From positions 32,001 to 96,000 of the forward strand of contig CAVPLT010000001.1 of the NCBI GenBank assembly GCA_963706325.1: DNA of 64,000 nucleotides, written 5' to 3'. The stretch's first letter is position 1. Each line of letters begins with the position of its first letter. Below are positions 49,947-60,448 of the stretch, piece after piece. The notes below the pieces were generated by a model, which ran no database searches, was not told the origin of the DNA, and saw nothing but the letters and a program-made list of their open reading frames with translations. A program made the translations under genes and the position numbers. This DNA comes from an uncultured Nitrospiraceae bacterium. GTDB lineage: Bacteria > Nitrospirota > Nitrospiria > Nitrospirales > Nitrospiraceae.

Positions 49947-50924
49947 TTACTCCTCCGCCATCACATCGGTATGCAATGTCGATAGATCCGGAAACGGACT
50001 CTCATCCGCAAATTTGACGGCCGCCGCCACGACCTTGCTCACGTCCTGCTCGAGTTGTTTGAAATCGGTTTCGACCGCGAGCTTATTGTTCAGGATGGTC
50101 TGTTTCAACAGCAGGAGCGGATCTCGTTGGCGATGCTCTTCCACTTCTTCTTTGGTCCTGTAATGACCATGCGACGGGTCGGACATCGAATGCCCCATGA
50201 AGCGGTAGGTCATCGCCTCGATGAAATAGGGTCCCTGGCCCGCGCGTACCTGCTCCACCACGGTGCGCATCAACGAACGGACGGCCAGCACATCCATGCC
50301 GTCCACGCGCTCGGCCTTGATGCCATAGGAGCGCGCCGCCTCGGCCACATTCTCGTACAGTGCGACGGCCCGCTCCACCGGCGTGCCCATGCCATAGCGG
50401 TTGTTTTCGCAAATAAAGATCACGGGCAGTTTCCACAAGGCCGCCAAGTTGAACGCTTCATGCGCCTGGCCGCTCGGCACGGCCCCTTCGCCGAAAAAAC
50501 AGAGCGTCACAAGATCGAGTTTCTGGTACTTGGTCGCGAAGGCCAAGCCCGCTCCCAGCGGAATATGGCCGCCGACGATCGCATAGCCGCCCATGAACCG
50601 ATTGGCAAGATCCACCAGATGCATGGAACCGCCTTTGCCCTTGCACAGGCCCGTCGCCTTGCCGAACAGCTCGGCCATCACCTTGTTCGGATCGGCACCT
50701 CTGGCCAGGCATTGTCCATGGTCGCGATAGGAAGTGATCACATAATCGTCCGGCTGAAGGGCGGCGATGGCTCCGACCGCGATGGCCTCTTCGCCGATGT
50801 ACAAATGCAGGAACCCCGCGATTTTCGCGAGGGCATACATCTCCGCCGACTTTTCTTCGAATCGGCGGATCAGCAACATCTGATGATAGAGAGAAAGCAG
50901 ATCAGCTTTGTCCATGTCGGCCAT
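49947..50924 (-). CDS. pdhA: Pyruvate dehydrogenase E1 alpha
   Basis: GFLHLYIGEEA, YRDH, KGKGGSMH, GEGA...ENN, TYRFMGHSMSDP; start 50924 or 50915. Confidence 0.92.
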   Translation of the reverse strand: MADMDKADLLSLYHQMLLIRRFEEKSAEMYALAKIAGFLHLYIGEEAIAVGAIAALQPDDYVITSYRDHGQCLARGADPNKVMAELFGKATGLCKGKGGSMHLVDLANRFMGGYAIVGGHIPLGAGLAFATKYQKLDLVTLCFFGEGAVPSGQAHEAFNLAALWKLPVIFICENNRYGMGTPVERAVALYENVAEAARSYGIKAERVDGMDVLAVRSLMRTVVEQVRAGQGPYFIEAMTYRFMGHSMSDPSHGHYRTKEEVEEHRQRDPLLLLKQTILNNKLAVETDFKQLEQDVSKVVAAAVKFADESPFPDLSTLHTDVMAEE

Positions 50925-51451
50925 TATGCATGGCGGGACAGGTCGACACAACCCTGATCGTCCGACCCATGATGACACCGTCTTGGCATTCAAGAAGTTT
51001 CGCGAAGCAAGACATTATTGCAACGCGAGATGAACTTTGGAGACGCAGGCTGAACCGTCATTCTCGGGAGAAGAGAAGGAGTCGGAGAGTCTCACGGAGC
51101 AGGATACACATTGGGTGCGTCCCCAGACTGAAGGGCCAATCTCAGGAGCACGTTGTGTCGCGCCGGAACTGACTCAGTCTTCGAGGTGAGGTGTTGACGG
51201 AGAGATGTCGGGATTTCGTCTAGAAAAACGAGCGAACTCAAAGCTATAATTCGACTCTCCCTATGCCTATCCGCATAGGAGTGTGCCGCGTAGGACCATC
51301 TTAATTGGGCTTGTTCCGGTGAAATTGTGAACTGCTCCCTCTGTCATAGCTGGATATCCTCGCTTGGTCCTGGGCAAGCACCGGACAGGAGCCGCTCCTC
51401 ATCCCCCACCGTGCTGACGCGCGTTTTTTCGTCACCGGACGCGGCATCCAA

Positions 51452-53170
51452 ATGAGCCACTTCTTACAATTACTCACGATATTGTTCGCCATCGGTGCTC
51501 CACTTTTCGCCAGCGTTGCAATCGCCCTACTCGGAGAACGCGAGAACGAGCGAAGTGCCATGATCGGCATTGGGGCATTGGCCCTTTCCACTTGCGCGGC
51601 CCTCTTCTCGCTTTATCAACTCAGTGGCGACCCCACTGCCTTTCGACTGTCGGGGCCGCCGGCATCTCTCATTCCTATTGTGCTGGTGGATCGCCTCGCC
51701 GCGGTCATGATGGTGCTGATCACCGGCGTGAGTCTCGTCATCCACGTCTATTCCCAGCGATACATGCGCGACGATCCAGGCTACGTCAGGTTCTTCGGCC
51801 TACTCAGCCTTTTGACCTTCGTGTTGTTGTGCCTCGTCACCAGCGGGCATTTGCTCTGGCTCTTCCTGTCCTGGCATGCCGTCACCTGGCTACTCAGGAG
51901 CCTGCTTACCTTCCATGTCGGAAACGCAGCAGCCCGACTAGCGGGACGCACGACCCTGCGGGTGCACGGCATCGGCGATGCCGCTTTTGTCTGCGCGATC
52001 ATTTTGGCCTATGCGACCTTCCACACATTCGACTTGTCGGAACTTTTTGATCTGGCGAACGGCGCCGCCGGCGCCACGACGATCTGGGAGGGAACATGGT
52101 TTGAGATACGGTCCGTGACGCTCATCACGCTTCTGCTGGTGGTGACCGTCATGACCAAATCCGCGCAGTTTCCCTTTCATGTGTGGCTGGCCGGCACCAT
52201 TGAAGCTCCGACTCCGGTTTCAGCCATGCTGCATGCGGGCATTGTGAATGCCGGAGGATTTCTCATAAACCGGTTGGCGCCCCTGTTTGGAATGGCCCCC
52301 ACCACGCTTTACGTGCTCTTTATCGTCGGCGCACTGACTGCCCTCATCGGAGCGGCGACCATGTTGACTCAGCCCAGCATCAAACGGACGCTCGTTTATT
52401 CCACCATGGGTCAGATGGGATACATGATCATGGAATGCGGCCTCGGGGCGTTCGCCTTGGCTGTGTTCCACCTCTGTGCGCATGGCCTATTCAAGGCAAC
52501 ATTATTTTTGAATTCCGGGTCGAACATCCATAAGGCACGAACCGAATTCAAGCTCCCCGATTCGCACAGCACACGGGATACCAGAGCATTTGCCTTCTTG
52601 CCATGGCTCACGGGCCTTGCCATTACGCTCATCCTTCCGCTGATCATCGTGCTCATGGCGCATGGAGTGGTGAACATTCCGCTCTTCGAAACGCAAGGCA
52701 CCCTGATTTTTCTCTTCTTTGCCTGGGTCACGTCCGCTCAAGCGACGTTCAGTCTCTATCGGCTCAACGCCGTCGGATCATGGAAGGTGTCTTTCACGAT
52801 GGTCGCCACCTTGTCCTTCATCGGGTTGACCTATCTGTGGGCTGGAGAGGCCTTTACTCATTTCCTGTACCCGGCCCAAGGCCAAACGGCGGCCTACTTC
52901 GAGGCGGCCGCTTGGAATCAGCGCCTCTTCGACGCTTTCGTCGCCCTTTCTACATTCCTGATTGTGGCCGTTTGGGTACTCCTTTACGGAAAGGCCCACG
53001 GGATGCGATTGCTGCTTCCTCACCGCCTCGACGAACTCCGCGACCGCCTCTACGTCGCCCTGCTCAATGGGCTGTATGTGGAAGCCTTGCTCCGCGCAGC
53101 TGGAGCCACCCTCGGCCGCAAGCCGGGCGGTGGACGCGAGAAACGGTCGTCTGAAGGACTGGCTCAATGA
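51452..53170 (+). CDS. dabB: DAB inorganic-carbon pump membrane subunit (NuoL/MrpA-like)
   Basis: KSAQFPFHVWL, EAPTPVSAMLHAG, STMGQMG, HGLFKATLFL; ATGA overlap with dabA. Confidence 0.88.
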   Translation: MSHFLQLLTILFAIGAPLFASVAIALLGERENERSAMIGIGALALSTCAALFSLYQLSGDPTAFRLSGPPASLIPIVLVDRLAAVMMVLITGVSLVIHVYSQRYMRDDPGYVRFFGLLSLLTFVLLCLVTSGHLLWLFLSWHAVTWLLRSLLTFHVGNAAARLAGRTTLRVHGIGDAAFVCAIILAYATFHTFDLSELFDLANGAAGATTIWEGTWFEIRSVTLITLLLVVTVMTKSAQFPFHVWLAGTIEAPTPVSAMLHAGIVNAGGFLINRLAPLFGMAPTTLYVLFIVGALTALIGAATMLTQPSIKRTLVYSTMGQMGYMIMECGLGAFALAVFHLCAHGLFKATLFLNSGSNIHKARTEFKLPDSHSTRDTRAFAFLPWLTGLAITLILPLIIVLMAHGVVNIPLFETQGTLIFLFFAWVTSAQATFSLYRLNAVGSWKVSFTMVATLSFIGLTYLWAGEAFTHFLYPAQGQTAAYFEAAAWNQRLFDAFVALSTFLIVAVWVLLYGKAHGMRLLLPHRLDELRDRLYVALLNGLYVEALLRAAGATLGRKPGGGREKRSSEGLAQ

Positions 53171-56100
53171 CCACGCCCCGTCTACAGCCATTTACCGATG
53201 CGCAGCGAATGGAGTTACGGTCCTACGTGCAATTGGCGGGAGAAGCCATCGCGCAATATTGGCCGATGCGCACCTTTATCCATCACAATCCACTCCATGG
53301 TTTGGAAGCGTTGCCGTTCGATGAGGCGGTGAAGCGCGGCGCGCACCTGTTCGGCGGACGGGGATATCTCCATAATGAGATCTTTCGCGGATACTTGCAG
53401 CAGGGGCGCATCCTCAGCAGGGACCTGCGCGAAGCCCTTGCCCCCCTCGCGACCGGCAAAGAAGTCATGTTTGGAGAGCGCCGTACGACCCACCTCGATG
53501 TGCTGATCGCCTCCATGAGCCAAGGGGTCACCGAGCCGTTGCCTCGCGGCAATGGTGCTCACGGGAAGGCGGAGGCAGACGCAGAACTCATCGAAGCCGT
53601 CGCCCTTCATCTTGCGACGATCTTTCCTGCGCGACCGGCCGACTCGTCACCGCCTCCTCCCCAATGGGATCCCAACGCCTTACCCCGTCGCGAGTCCCTC
53701 AGTACGTGGTGCGATCAGACTCTGGGCACCACAATTGTAGAAACGATCAATCAAGAATTGGTCAAGTGGTGTAGCGTCTTTTTAGATGAGGGAGAGGCCG
53801 GTTGGGCCATGCCTCACCGAGATAAGAAGTTCTTTCGTGCCTGGAAGTCTCTGGCCCAATATGACGGAGTCCTTCGATGCCTGGGCATCAAAGAAGCCGG
53901 TCAACGAATTCGCGCGCTGCCGGATAGGACAGAGGACGCCGTGCTGGACAGTCTGGGCACACTCACACTGCCAAAACCGGTATGGGAAGAGTACTTGTCG
54001 CTTCACTTGGCGGCCTTGCCAGGCTGGACGGGCTACATCAAATGGCGTTCGAACCAGGACAAGTATCCCTGGCAACAACAATTTCCCATCGACCTCGTGA
54101 AATATTTGGCAGTGCGTCTGTTTTACGAACGGGAACTTGTGGAGCATGCATGCCGAAGCCACCTCGGGTTCGGGGGAACCTACGATGAGATTCGAACATT
54201 CATGGATGAATCACCTCATGCGTACTGGCTACGGCGTGAATGGATAGCAGGGCGCCTTTCGCCGACCTATGCCGACCTGACCCGGAAACTCGCATACTCC
54301 GACCGACGATTCGAACCGGCAGCCTGGGAAGAATTGGGCCGCACACAGTTCGCACTCCACGCGAAAGAGGATGACCAGCAGGGTCCCATGAAATCGGCGA
54401 CCTTCTTGGTACGACTGACTCGCGCGCTGGCAGTGCCCCTCTCCGCGATTGAATCAAGTTCCCCGTCCGACCTGACGACGATCCTCGATTGGCTCACCGG
54501 ATTTCCTCCTTCAGAGCACGGAGCCCGCTGGCTGGATGCGTTTGAGGCGAATCATCGGCGGCATCTGTTGCATGATCTCGGCATCGCCGCCGCTCGATAT
54601 GATGCCACCCCCCCACCGCAAGGCGATAGCCTCTCGCGGCCGCTCGCTCAAGTCGTATTCTGTATCGATGTGCGTTCGGAAGTCTTTCGCCGCCACCTTG
54701 AGCACCGCGGAGGGTACGAGACGTTGGGGCTGGCCGGATTTTTCGGCGTTCCTCTGGACTATCAGCCTTTCAGCACGCACGTGACGGTCTCCCAATGCCC
54801 CGTGCTTCTGAAACCGAAAAACCAGATTCGAGAAGTGCCTCGAAGTTATCATGGGAACTTGGCCGAGCGACACAAAACGGCGGCGCTGCTGGGAGAGGCC
54901 GGGCACCAATTACTGCACGATCTGAAGGAGAACGTGATCACGCCTTATGTGATGGTGGAGGCGCTCGGTTGGTTTTTCGGATTGCCGCTCTTTGGAAAAA
55001 CGTTGTTCCCTCGCTGGTATCACAACAGCATTCGTTGGATAAAGGAGGCGCTCCTTCCTTCGATTGCCACCACCTTGACGGTAGAAAAAATCTCGCGCGA
55101 TGCGGCGGATGACATGATCACCACGGAGCAGCATGCCCACATTCGAGAGATCCTTCGTGAACGGTTCGGACTCCGGGGCACAGCCCTCTCTCCGGCCCTG
55201 TTGGATACCATTCGAAAAAAAGCCCTCGGTCATGCGGAGGGACTCAACGGCGAGGTCGCGCGGGTGCTGGGGCTTGGTCAGGAAGCGGAAGAAGCCTTCT
55301 ATCGGGAATTGCGTGAGCGTTATCGAATCAGTCTACAAGGCATTTCTGATCGGCTGGACCGTCTCACACACACCGGGTTCTCGGTCACGGAGCAGGCGTA
55401 TTTTGTCGAGGCAGCCCTGAGACTCATGGGCCTCACCTCAAATTTCGCGCGCGTCGTTTTGTTCTGCGCGCATGGCAGCACCTCTCAAAACAATCCCTAC
55501 GAATCGGCGCTCGATTGCGGGGCCTGCGGCGGAAACCACGGACTGCCCAATGCCAGGGCTATCGCCACAATGGGCAACAGCCCCGGCGTTCGAGAAATCT
55601 TACGTGGGCGCGGCATCAAGATCCCTAGCGACACCCATTTCTTCGCGGCCGAGCATGACACGACCGCCGATCAAGTCCGCATCGTCGATCTGGAGGACGT
55701 CCCCCCGACACATCGGAAAGATCTCCAGCGGCTTATCACGGATCTGGAAGAGGCCGGAGCACAGACGGCCCTTGAGCGCGGCATCAGGCTGGAAATGCTT
55801 GTCGAATCAACTCAGGCCCACCGCGCCCGCCAACTGGCCGGCAGGCGGAGCGAGCATTGGGCGGAGGTCCGCCCCGAATGGGGACTCTCGCGGAACAGTC
55901 TCATGGTAATCGGACGACGCGACTTGACCCAGTCCGTGAATCTCCAGGGACGCGCGTTTCTTCACTCCTACGACTATCGGCAAGATGGCTCGGGAAGATT
56001 GCTCGAAAGCATCATGACCGCGCCGCTGGTGGTCGCGCAGTGGATCAACATGGAGCACTACTTCTCGACCGTCGACAACGAGGTCTATGGAAGCGGCAGC

Positions 56101-56436
56101 AAAGCCTATCACAATGTGGTCGGTCGAATCGGCGTCATGACCGGCGGAGCAAGCGACATGCGCCTCGGATTGCCGGCCCAAACCGTTCTCAAGGGTCAGA
56201 TGCCTTACCATGAACCCATGCGCCTCTTGGCCGTGATCGAAGCCCCCAGAGTGCGCATCCAGTCGATCATCGACCAGCACCCACATCTCGAGCAGCTGGT
56301 CACCCAGCGGTGGATTACAGTCGTGGCACTCAATCCGGAGGACCACACATTTGAGCGCTATGACAGTGTGAACGGATGGAGAGGAGGAGGAGCAGACGAT
56401 GATCAGTTTGACACTGCATCTCATGAAGGAGATTAA
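53167..56436 (+). CDS. dabA: DAB soluble subunit (DUF2309, beta-carbonic-anhydrase-like)
   Basis: WPMRTFIHHNPL, FCIDVRSE, HGS..QNNPYESALDCGACGG, RPEWGL, FLHSYD, QWINMEHYFS. Confidence 0.92.
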   Translation: MTTPRLQPFTDAQRMELRSYVQLAGEAIAQYWPMRTFIHHNPLHGLEALPFDEAVKRGAHLFGGRGYLHNEIFRGYLQQGRILSRDLREALAPLATGKEVMFGERRTTHLDVLIASMSQGVTEPLPRGNGAHGKAEADAELIEAVALHLATIFPARPADSSPPPPQWDPNALPRRESLSTWCDQTLGTTIVETINQELVKWCSVFLDEGEAGWAMPHRDKKFFRAWKSLAQYDGVLRCLGIKEAGQRIRALPDRTEDAVLDSLGTLTLPKPVWEEYLSLHLAALPGWTGYIKWRSNQDKYPWQQQFPIDLVKYLAVRLFYERELVEHACRSHLGFGGTYDEIRTFMDESPHAYWLRREWIAGRLSPTYADLTRKLAYSDRRFEPAAWEELGRTQFALHAKEDDQQGPMKSATFLVRLTRALAVPLSAIESSSPSDLTTILDWLTGFPPSEHGARWLDAFEANHRRHLLHDLGIAAARYDATPPPQGDSLSRPLAQVVFCIDVRSEVFRRHLEHRGGYETLGLAGFFGVPLDYQPFSTHVTVSQCPVLLKPKNQIREVPRSYHGNLAERHKTAALLGEAGHQLLHDLKENVITPYVMVEALGWFFGLPLFGKTLFPRWYHNSIRWIKEALLPSIATTLTVEKISRDAADDMITTEQHAHIREILRERFGLRGTALSPALLDTIRKKALGHAEGLNGEVARVLGLGQEAEEAFYRELRERYRISLQGISDRLDRLTHTGFSVTEQAYFVEAALRLMGLTSNFARVVLFCAHGSTSQNNPYESALDCGACGGNHGLPNARAIATMGNSPGVREILRGRGIKIPSDTHFFAAEHDTTADQVRIVDLEDVPPTHRKDLQRLITDLEEAGAQTALERGIRLEMLVESTQAHRARQLAGRRSEHWAEVRPEWGLSRNSLMVIGRRDLTQSVNLQGRAFLHSYDYRQDGSGRLLESIMTAPLVVAQWINMEHYFSTVDNEVYGSGSKAYHNVVGRIGVMTGGASDMRLGLPAQTVLKGQMPYHEPMRLLAVIEAPRVRIQSIIDQHPHLEQLVTQRWITVVALNPEDHTFERYDSVNGWRGGGADDDQFDTASHEGD

Positions 56437-56728
56437 GATCGTGGTTCAGGGCGACCATGTGAACCATGTCACCGACCTGCTCAACCGAGTCGGCGCGTCC
56501 GGCTATACGATCATCAACAGCGTATCCGGGAAAGGCCACCACGGATTCCACGAAGGGCATCTGCTGTTCAACGACACGAGCAGTCAGGTCATTGTGTTTA
56601 CCGTCGTGCCAAACGACAAGGTCGATCCGATCCTGTCCGGGCTGGGCCCGCTTTTCAATAAACATTCCGGCGCCATGTTCGTCACAGACGTAGCGGTCAG
56701 CCGACGAGAGCATTTCGCAGGCCAGTGA
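56399..56728 (+). CDS. P-II superfamily (SbtB-like) regulator
   Basis: MKEIKIVV...GASGYTII..VSGKG; GGAGGAGG SD before ATG 56399; overlaps the dabA end. Confidence 0.82.
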   Translation: MISLTLHLMKEIKIVVQGDHVNHVTDLLNRVGASGYTIINSVSGKGHHGFHEGHLLFNDTSSQVIVFTVVPNDKVDPILSGLGPLFNKHSGAMFVTDVAVSRREHFAGQ

Positions 56729-56991
56729 TGAAGGCAGGACAGCGGGAGCGTATGTCTGCTCCTGAGGCCTTGAACACCCGCCGCCAGAGGCTGCCTGTCA
56801 CTTCCCATACCGCGACCGGCTCACCCAATCATTTTTGTGTAGCATTTATCGTGGCGAAGCCTGTCGGCTGAGCTGATCGCTCACACCTCAGTTGGCTTGT
56901 ACGGCAGAAGCAACGACTCGAAGCGAGTGGGACTGAATGGCGACGGAGGAAGGAGCACAGGTACGAGCCCGCCGCCCGCACCTGCGAGAAG

Positions 56992-57666
56992 CTATTTCAC
57001 CTTGGAAAAATCGGCCTCGAACTGCTGGAGTTGCCCATCTTGCAATGTCACGATCACAGTGGTCTTGACGTTGGGATCGAACGTGTCGTAACCGAATCGG
57101 GCGGTAAAACGCGAACGGTAGGCAGGACCTGCGACCTCATTTTTCCTGCCTCGGTCGGCCGGACTGATGTCCACCGGACGAATATTCTTCCCCTTCTGCT
57201 GAAACACGATGTCGGCCTTTTCGGCAAAGTACTCATCATCTCCGCAGAGTTGCACTTCGATTTCCATGTTCGGCATGTCCATGACCTTCTGGATAAACTC
57301 CTCGGGCATGCGCACTTCCTTCTTCTGCTTTTTCGATTCGGCCGCCTCCTGCCGACCGAACGCTTCGAGCCGATAACGCTTCGTGCGCAGGATGGCACTC
57401 GCGCCACATTGATCCTTTTCCGGGTCCGCGCCCACGCGCGTGACCATCGAGGCCTGTTGCAACACTTTCTTTACATCTTCAGGCGAATTGGCCTTTTCCA
57501 TCGGCGTCCGCCCGGCTTCCAAGGCCTTCTTGGCCTCATCGGGGGTCAACTTGGTGTCGATGGCCCACGCCATCCCGCTGATTCCCAACACGATCGACCC
57601 CAAGAGCAGCCCGACCATGCTGCGGGCGCCCTGGCGCCGAGCTGCCATTTCACTATGAGTGCGCAT
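56992..57666 (-). CDS. Hypothetical exported protein
   Basis: Signal peptide ending AWA; GGAGG RBS; no recognised motif. Confidence 0.75.
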   Translation of the reverse strand: MRTHSEMAARRQGARSMVGLLLGSIVLGISGMAWAIDTKLTPDEAKKALEAGRTPMEKANSPEDVKKVLQQASMVTRVGADPEKDQCGASAILRTKRYRLEAFGRQEAAESKKQKKEVRMPEEFIQKVMDMPNMEIEVQLCGDDEYFAEKADIVFQQKGKNIRPVDISPADRGRKNEVAGPAYRSRFTARFGYDTFDPNVKTTVIVTLQDGQLQQFEADFSKVK

Positions 57667-58156
57667 GAGTACCTCCCTGACGCGTCTCTGAACAATGGGC
57701 CGCATTGTAAAGGGATGGGGAATGCTACGGCAAGAGGGACAGGCACATGTTGGTACGACGCGGACAGGTCTGATCCGTAAGCTGCGAATCGCGGGCTCAC
57801 AGGTGTGGAAGTCGCTCTAGACTCCGGATTTCGATCTGGCCGTGGTGTGGTTTGGCTGGTGCAGGCCTTCGTGACTGCTACCCGTTTTGAGTATAAAACT
57901 GCTACCCGGAGGGCCTCGCTTCGCGAATACTCTATTGGGGACGTGGCACGCGCAACGCGACGCAAAGATGCGCCGCAAAGACTTTGCTCCAGGGCAAATG
58001 CGGCTCCTCTGGGATGCGTTGAAGCCCTCGGTTGATCCCACCCAAGAGCGGGTCGCGGTCTCCAGACCGTTCCTACACCTCGCGCACATCTAGACAGCCG
58101 ACTAGGATGTCAGTAAGCTGGGGTTCTGCCTAGCTGCTTTATTTTGGAGGTCCCCG

Positions 58157-58345
58157 ATGAAGGTTTTTCGGAAACAGGTCGCTGAATACATCCGTGCGGC
58201 TGAAACCCTTTTATCACCTGCTTCTCTCGGAGAGCCTTTGACCAAAGATGAGTGCCACGTCGTAGAGCTGTACTCCAAGTCGATTGCTGATCATTGTGAT
58301 AGCCTCGGACACGGCACGACTGAAGAGTCATGCTCGGTGAGCTGA
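58157..58345 (+). CDS. 62-aa hypothetical protein with 3 Cys
   Basis: GGAGG RBS; MKVFRKQVAEYIRAAETLLS...EESCSVS. Confidence 0.6.
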   Translation: MKVFRKQVAEYIRAAETLLSPASLGEPLTKDECHVVELYSKSIADHCDSLGHGTTEESCSVS

Positions 58346-58623
58346 ACCTTGTTCGACAGGCCCGCCCCTCCATCCCCTCCCCGGTTGGGGGCAGAATCGA
58401 TTCTGGACTTCCCTTCAACCATCAACCACGTGAGTATTTGACTCTGCTCCATGTCGGGCAACACATGTATGCGCAAATATTAGATGGGCTGGGTTGGATC
58501 TTCTATCCGTTTCGACCCGAAAACTGCTACCAGCTTGACGAGACATCTTCAAAAAAAATGGCGTAGGTTGGCGAACTGCAAAAGGACGGGGAAGAAAATT
58601 TCAATATCACGCTCCCTCTCACG

Positions 58624-59304
58624 CTAGGGATTAAATCGAGCCCAGTTCGGATAGGGCTTGAGGGCATAGAGTCGATCCACATCCACTGGGCACGGCACGC
58701 CACGCAGCCGCAACATGTCTGCGACCATACGTACCGGAAGTCCCACCGCGGCGGTGTAGTCACCTTCGATCCTATCGATGAGCGTCCCACCGGCCCCTTG
58801 AATGGAGTAGGCACCTGCCTTGCCGAGGCTCTCTTCGGTTTGCAGGTAGGCGGCCAGAGCATTCTCATCCAAGGTCTTCATAAAAACCCCCACCGTCGCG
58901 ACCTGCACATCGCAGAACCCACGAGTGTGCTCCACAAGCGCGACCGCAGTGAAAATCGTATGCGTCCGTCCAGACATTCGCCTGAGCATCGCGCCGGCAT
59001 CGATCAGATCACGTGGTTTTCCCAACACCTCTGAGTCCAAGCTGATTAAAGTGTCGCTGCCGAGAATGAGCGCATCGGGATACTGGGGCGCGGACGATAG
59101 GGCCTTTCCCCTCGCAAACTCCGCCACCTGCCGACCGGCAGGAAGATGCGGTTTCACCTGCTCGACGAACGGCGGGACCATGACCTCGAAGGGCAATCCG
59201 AGGAATGTGAGCAATTCCTTCCGCCTCGGTGAAGTGGAAGCCAGGACAAGTCGTGTGCTGGGATTAGGACGCACAGGGTTGAGATGGCTGAGACTCGACG
59301 GCAA
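58624..59304 (-). CDS. maf: Maf family nucleoside triphosphate pyrophosphatase
   Basis: LASTSPRR, GSDT, LGKP, KAGAYSIQG, VGLP; TTG start uncertain. Confidence 0.92.
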   Translation of the reverse strand: MPSSLSHLNPVRPNPSTRLVLASTSPRRKELLTFLGLPFEVMVPPFVEQVKPHLPAGRQVAEFARGKALSSAPQYPDALILGSDTLISLDSEVLGKPRDLIDAGAMLRRMSGRTHTIFTAVALVEHTRGFCDVQVATVGVFMKTLDENALAAYLQTEESLGKAGAYSIQGAGGTLIDRIEGDYTAAVGLPVRMVADMLRLRGVPCPVDVDRLYALKPYPNWARFNP

Positions 59305-60448
59305 TTGTTTCGGCAGGATTGATGTCGTCCCTCATGAGATGGCTGCAACATTCTGCCACCACGCACTCGACCTCTCGAGGATGTGTCACCTGGAACATCC
59401 TGCCGCGCATCGCCGCAGCATGCGGGAACCCTGTGCAGTACCAGCCGAGATGTTTGCGAATGGACCGGAATCCTTCTAACCCGGCAATGGCTTCATACTG
59501 CCGCGCATGATCCAACATTACGTGCATCCGCTGGTTGAGTGAGATCTTCGGCTCCCAGGCCGTGGTCTCAAACAGTGACAGGTCGGCTTGCTCCCTGAAC
59601 ACCCGCCGGGCCAATTCCTTCCGGCGAAAAAACCACGGCGCGCCTAACGTTCCTCGCCCGACCAAGACCCCGTGCACGTGGGTTTCGGCAATACGGCGGA
59701 TCGCCGCCACCAATGAGTTGACATCCCCATTCCCGAGAATCAACGTATCGGTGCCGCGGGCCAGCTTGGCGGCTTCGGCGATGGCCGACCAATCAGCGGC
59801 TCCTCGGTACATCTGCTGGAGTGTTCGCCCATGTAAGGTAATCGCAGCCGGCGCAGCCTCCAGCAAATGGTCCACCCAGCGTTCGACCACGACACAGTCA
59901 AATCCCAGCCGCGTTTTGATAGAGAGTGGCAGCAGCCGGCGCGGAACTGTCGGCGTACCCGTGCGACTGCGGTTCAGCGTGTGAATGAACTCAATGCGAG
60001 CCGGCTTAAATCCCTGCGTCTCAATTACCTGACCGGTAGCCCAATCGGCCAAGCCTTGCCTCGCGGCCCTCACAATTTCATGGGCTAGATCCGGCGTTTT
60101 AATCAATGCCGCCCCTGACCCAGAGGCCGCCACATTCTTTGAAGGGCAGCCCATATTGATATCAAGCCCGTCGAATCCAAGTTCACAGACCACCTGCGCC
60201 GCACGATAAAACTGATCCGGATCTTTGCCATACAACTGCGCCACAATCGGGCGTTCAGCCTCGCTATAGATCAATGATGACAGCAGATGGTCCGGACCAC
60301 GACAGATCTCACTGACATTCGTGAACTCGGTAAAGGTAATGTCCGGACGACCCTGAGAAGCTACTACTCGCCGAAAGGTGGCATCGGTGACTCCATCCAT
60401 CGGCGCCAACCCCAAAATAGGCTGGGGGAGCATCGTCCAAAAGCTCAT
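59264..60448 (-). CDS. tRNA-dihydrouridine synthase family protein
   Basis: LAPMDGVTD, QLYG, DINMGCP, KTRLG, HGRT, GNGD, RKHLGWY; ATG 60448 overlaps the upstream stop. Confidence 0.92.
   Translation of the reverse strand: MSFWTMLPQPILGLAPMDGVTDATFRRVVASQGRPDITFTEFTNVSEICRGPDHLLSSLIYSEAERPIVAQLYGKDPDQFYRAAQVVCELGFDGLDINMGCPSKNVAASGSGAALIKTPDLAHEIVRAARQGLADWATGQVIETQGFKPARIEFIHTLNRSRTGTPTVPRRLLPLSIKTRLGFDCVVVERWVDHLLEAAPAAITLHGRTLQQMYRGAADWSAIAEAAKLARGTDTLILGNGDVNSLVAAIRRIAETHVHGVLVGRGTLGAPWFFRRKELARRVFREQADLSLFETTAWEPKISLNQRMHVMLDHARQYEAIAGLEGFRSIRKHLGWYCTGFPHAAAMRGRMFQVTHPREVECVVAECCSHLMRDDINPAETIAVESQPSQPCAS

Noticed and set aside
51452..53170. Complex I nuoL call
   Set aside because: No other nuo genes, and coupling to DUF2309 identifies it as DabB
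57874..57908. 11-bp direct repeat ACTGCTACCCG, 24 bp apart
   Set aside because: Only two copies with no identifiable regulator or att context; may be chance
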